Source: Podarcis bocagei | Lineage: Eukaryota | DNA: 64,000 nucleotides | Reading direction: 5' to 3' (one strand) | NCBI GenBank assembly: GCA_964188305.1 | Contig: OZ076899.1 | In this document: one piece after another, positions 63,011-64,000 of the stretch | How the letters are laid out: each line of letters opens with the position of its first letter | How positions within the stretch are numbered: position 1 is the stretch's first letter | The notes under the pieces: generated by a model | Databases searched by the model: none | What the model was told of the DNA's origin: nothing | Seen by the model: only the letters and a program-made list of their open reading frames with translations | Program-made: the position numbers and the translations under genes

Positions 63011-64000
63011 AGTGCCCACTGGCATCTCAGTAGAAGGTAGCTCGCCCTTAAACTACAGCTTAGGGCTCCTTTACTTAAGAAGCTCCTTCTTAAGTAAGTA
63101 ACCAAACTGACATATTGAGAACATGGACTGTGCTAAACAGCATTTCCTTTAGTGCTTCTCCACTCATATTTTGCCTTCAACTGTCTCTGCTTCAATTTCA
63201 AAAGATGTCACTGTGAACAGAAAGCTGTGTTTGTGGCAAAGCAACAATGCATGAGGCATATATACAGTGCACTTACATTTGTAAATTACTTCTCATATAT
63301 TTGAGAAAATCATGAAACAGTCCTGTTAAATTGGCCAGTGTTATTCCTATTTACCGATGGCAAGCTGCAGGAATAGTGACTTAAGGCCATACTGGTGAGT
63401 TTAAGCCTGGAGTTCTGCAGCTAAACCAGAGATTGGCAAGCTCCAATTCTGAGCCAGTATAGTGCCTTAAATCACTTCATCACGAGCACAACTCAAGCCA
63501 GACATGAATATCTGTTACCAAGTCAGACCATCAGTCCATCTCACAAAAAGGATATACTTATTGTTCACAAGAGAAAATGCTTCCATTGTCAAAGGACTTC
63601 TGCCTCACAGGACACTCAGCACATGACTTCCAAGAACAGATGCATAGTATCATATGGTTTTGCTTGCTTTTTAAAAACTGAGTGGTTAGGATTTTTCTTT
63701 TTTTTAAAAAAAAAATTATTCATTTTCCAAGCAATTTTATACAGTCAACAAATATTTTCACACTCATTCTTCAATTTTTGACTTCCCTCTGTTTCTCTGT
63801 CAATCTTTCGTAAAATTTCTATTTTGTTAACGCATTTCAAAACATAATATTGCCTTTTAGAACTCCTTTTACTCTTACTCTCTTTTTTGCACTATTTCTT
63901 ACTATCTCACAGAGTCTCTTCAAAACCAACAAGCGTTGTCTGTACATCACATATGTTTTTCAGATATTCTGTAAATCTCCCCCAGTCCTCGATAAACTTT

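Noticed and set aside
56022-64000. MYO9A promoter or first exon
   Set aside because: No CpG island is visible; the CpG-rich patches are MITEs and SINEs.

Overview
Vertebrate genomic DNA, most likely from a squamate reptile, probably a lacertid lizard (inferred from Sauria SINEs and lizard-type L2, CR1 and MITE repeats). The whole window lies inside one minus-strand gene, MYO9A (unconventional myosin IXa). I traced 20 consecutive coding exons, numbered 2-21 by analogy to human. All have GT-AG sites and join into one open frame of 2868 nt (956 aa) covering the N-terminal Ras-association (RA) domain and almost all of the motor domain, including the class IX loop-2 insertion. The non-coding first exon/promoter appears to lie beyond 64000, and the IQ/C1/RhoGAP exons lie before position 1. 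Introns contain TA-flanked Tigger/pogo-like MITEs, hAT-type MITEs, Sauria and other tRNA-derived SINEs, CR1 and L2 fragments, and two probable solo LTRs. I found no prokaryote-style novel system. The best leads are: (1) four uORFs packed into the last 70 nt of the 5'UTR with three stop/start overlaps, the last overlapping the MYO9A ATG; (2) Leu-to-Arg at a normally invariant motor position (GMRETV); (3) an apparently frameshifted 3' extension of loop-2 exon 15; (4) hAT MITEs carrying paired ZNF143/THAP11-type motifs. Comparisons with human MYO9A are from memory, not from an alignment.
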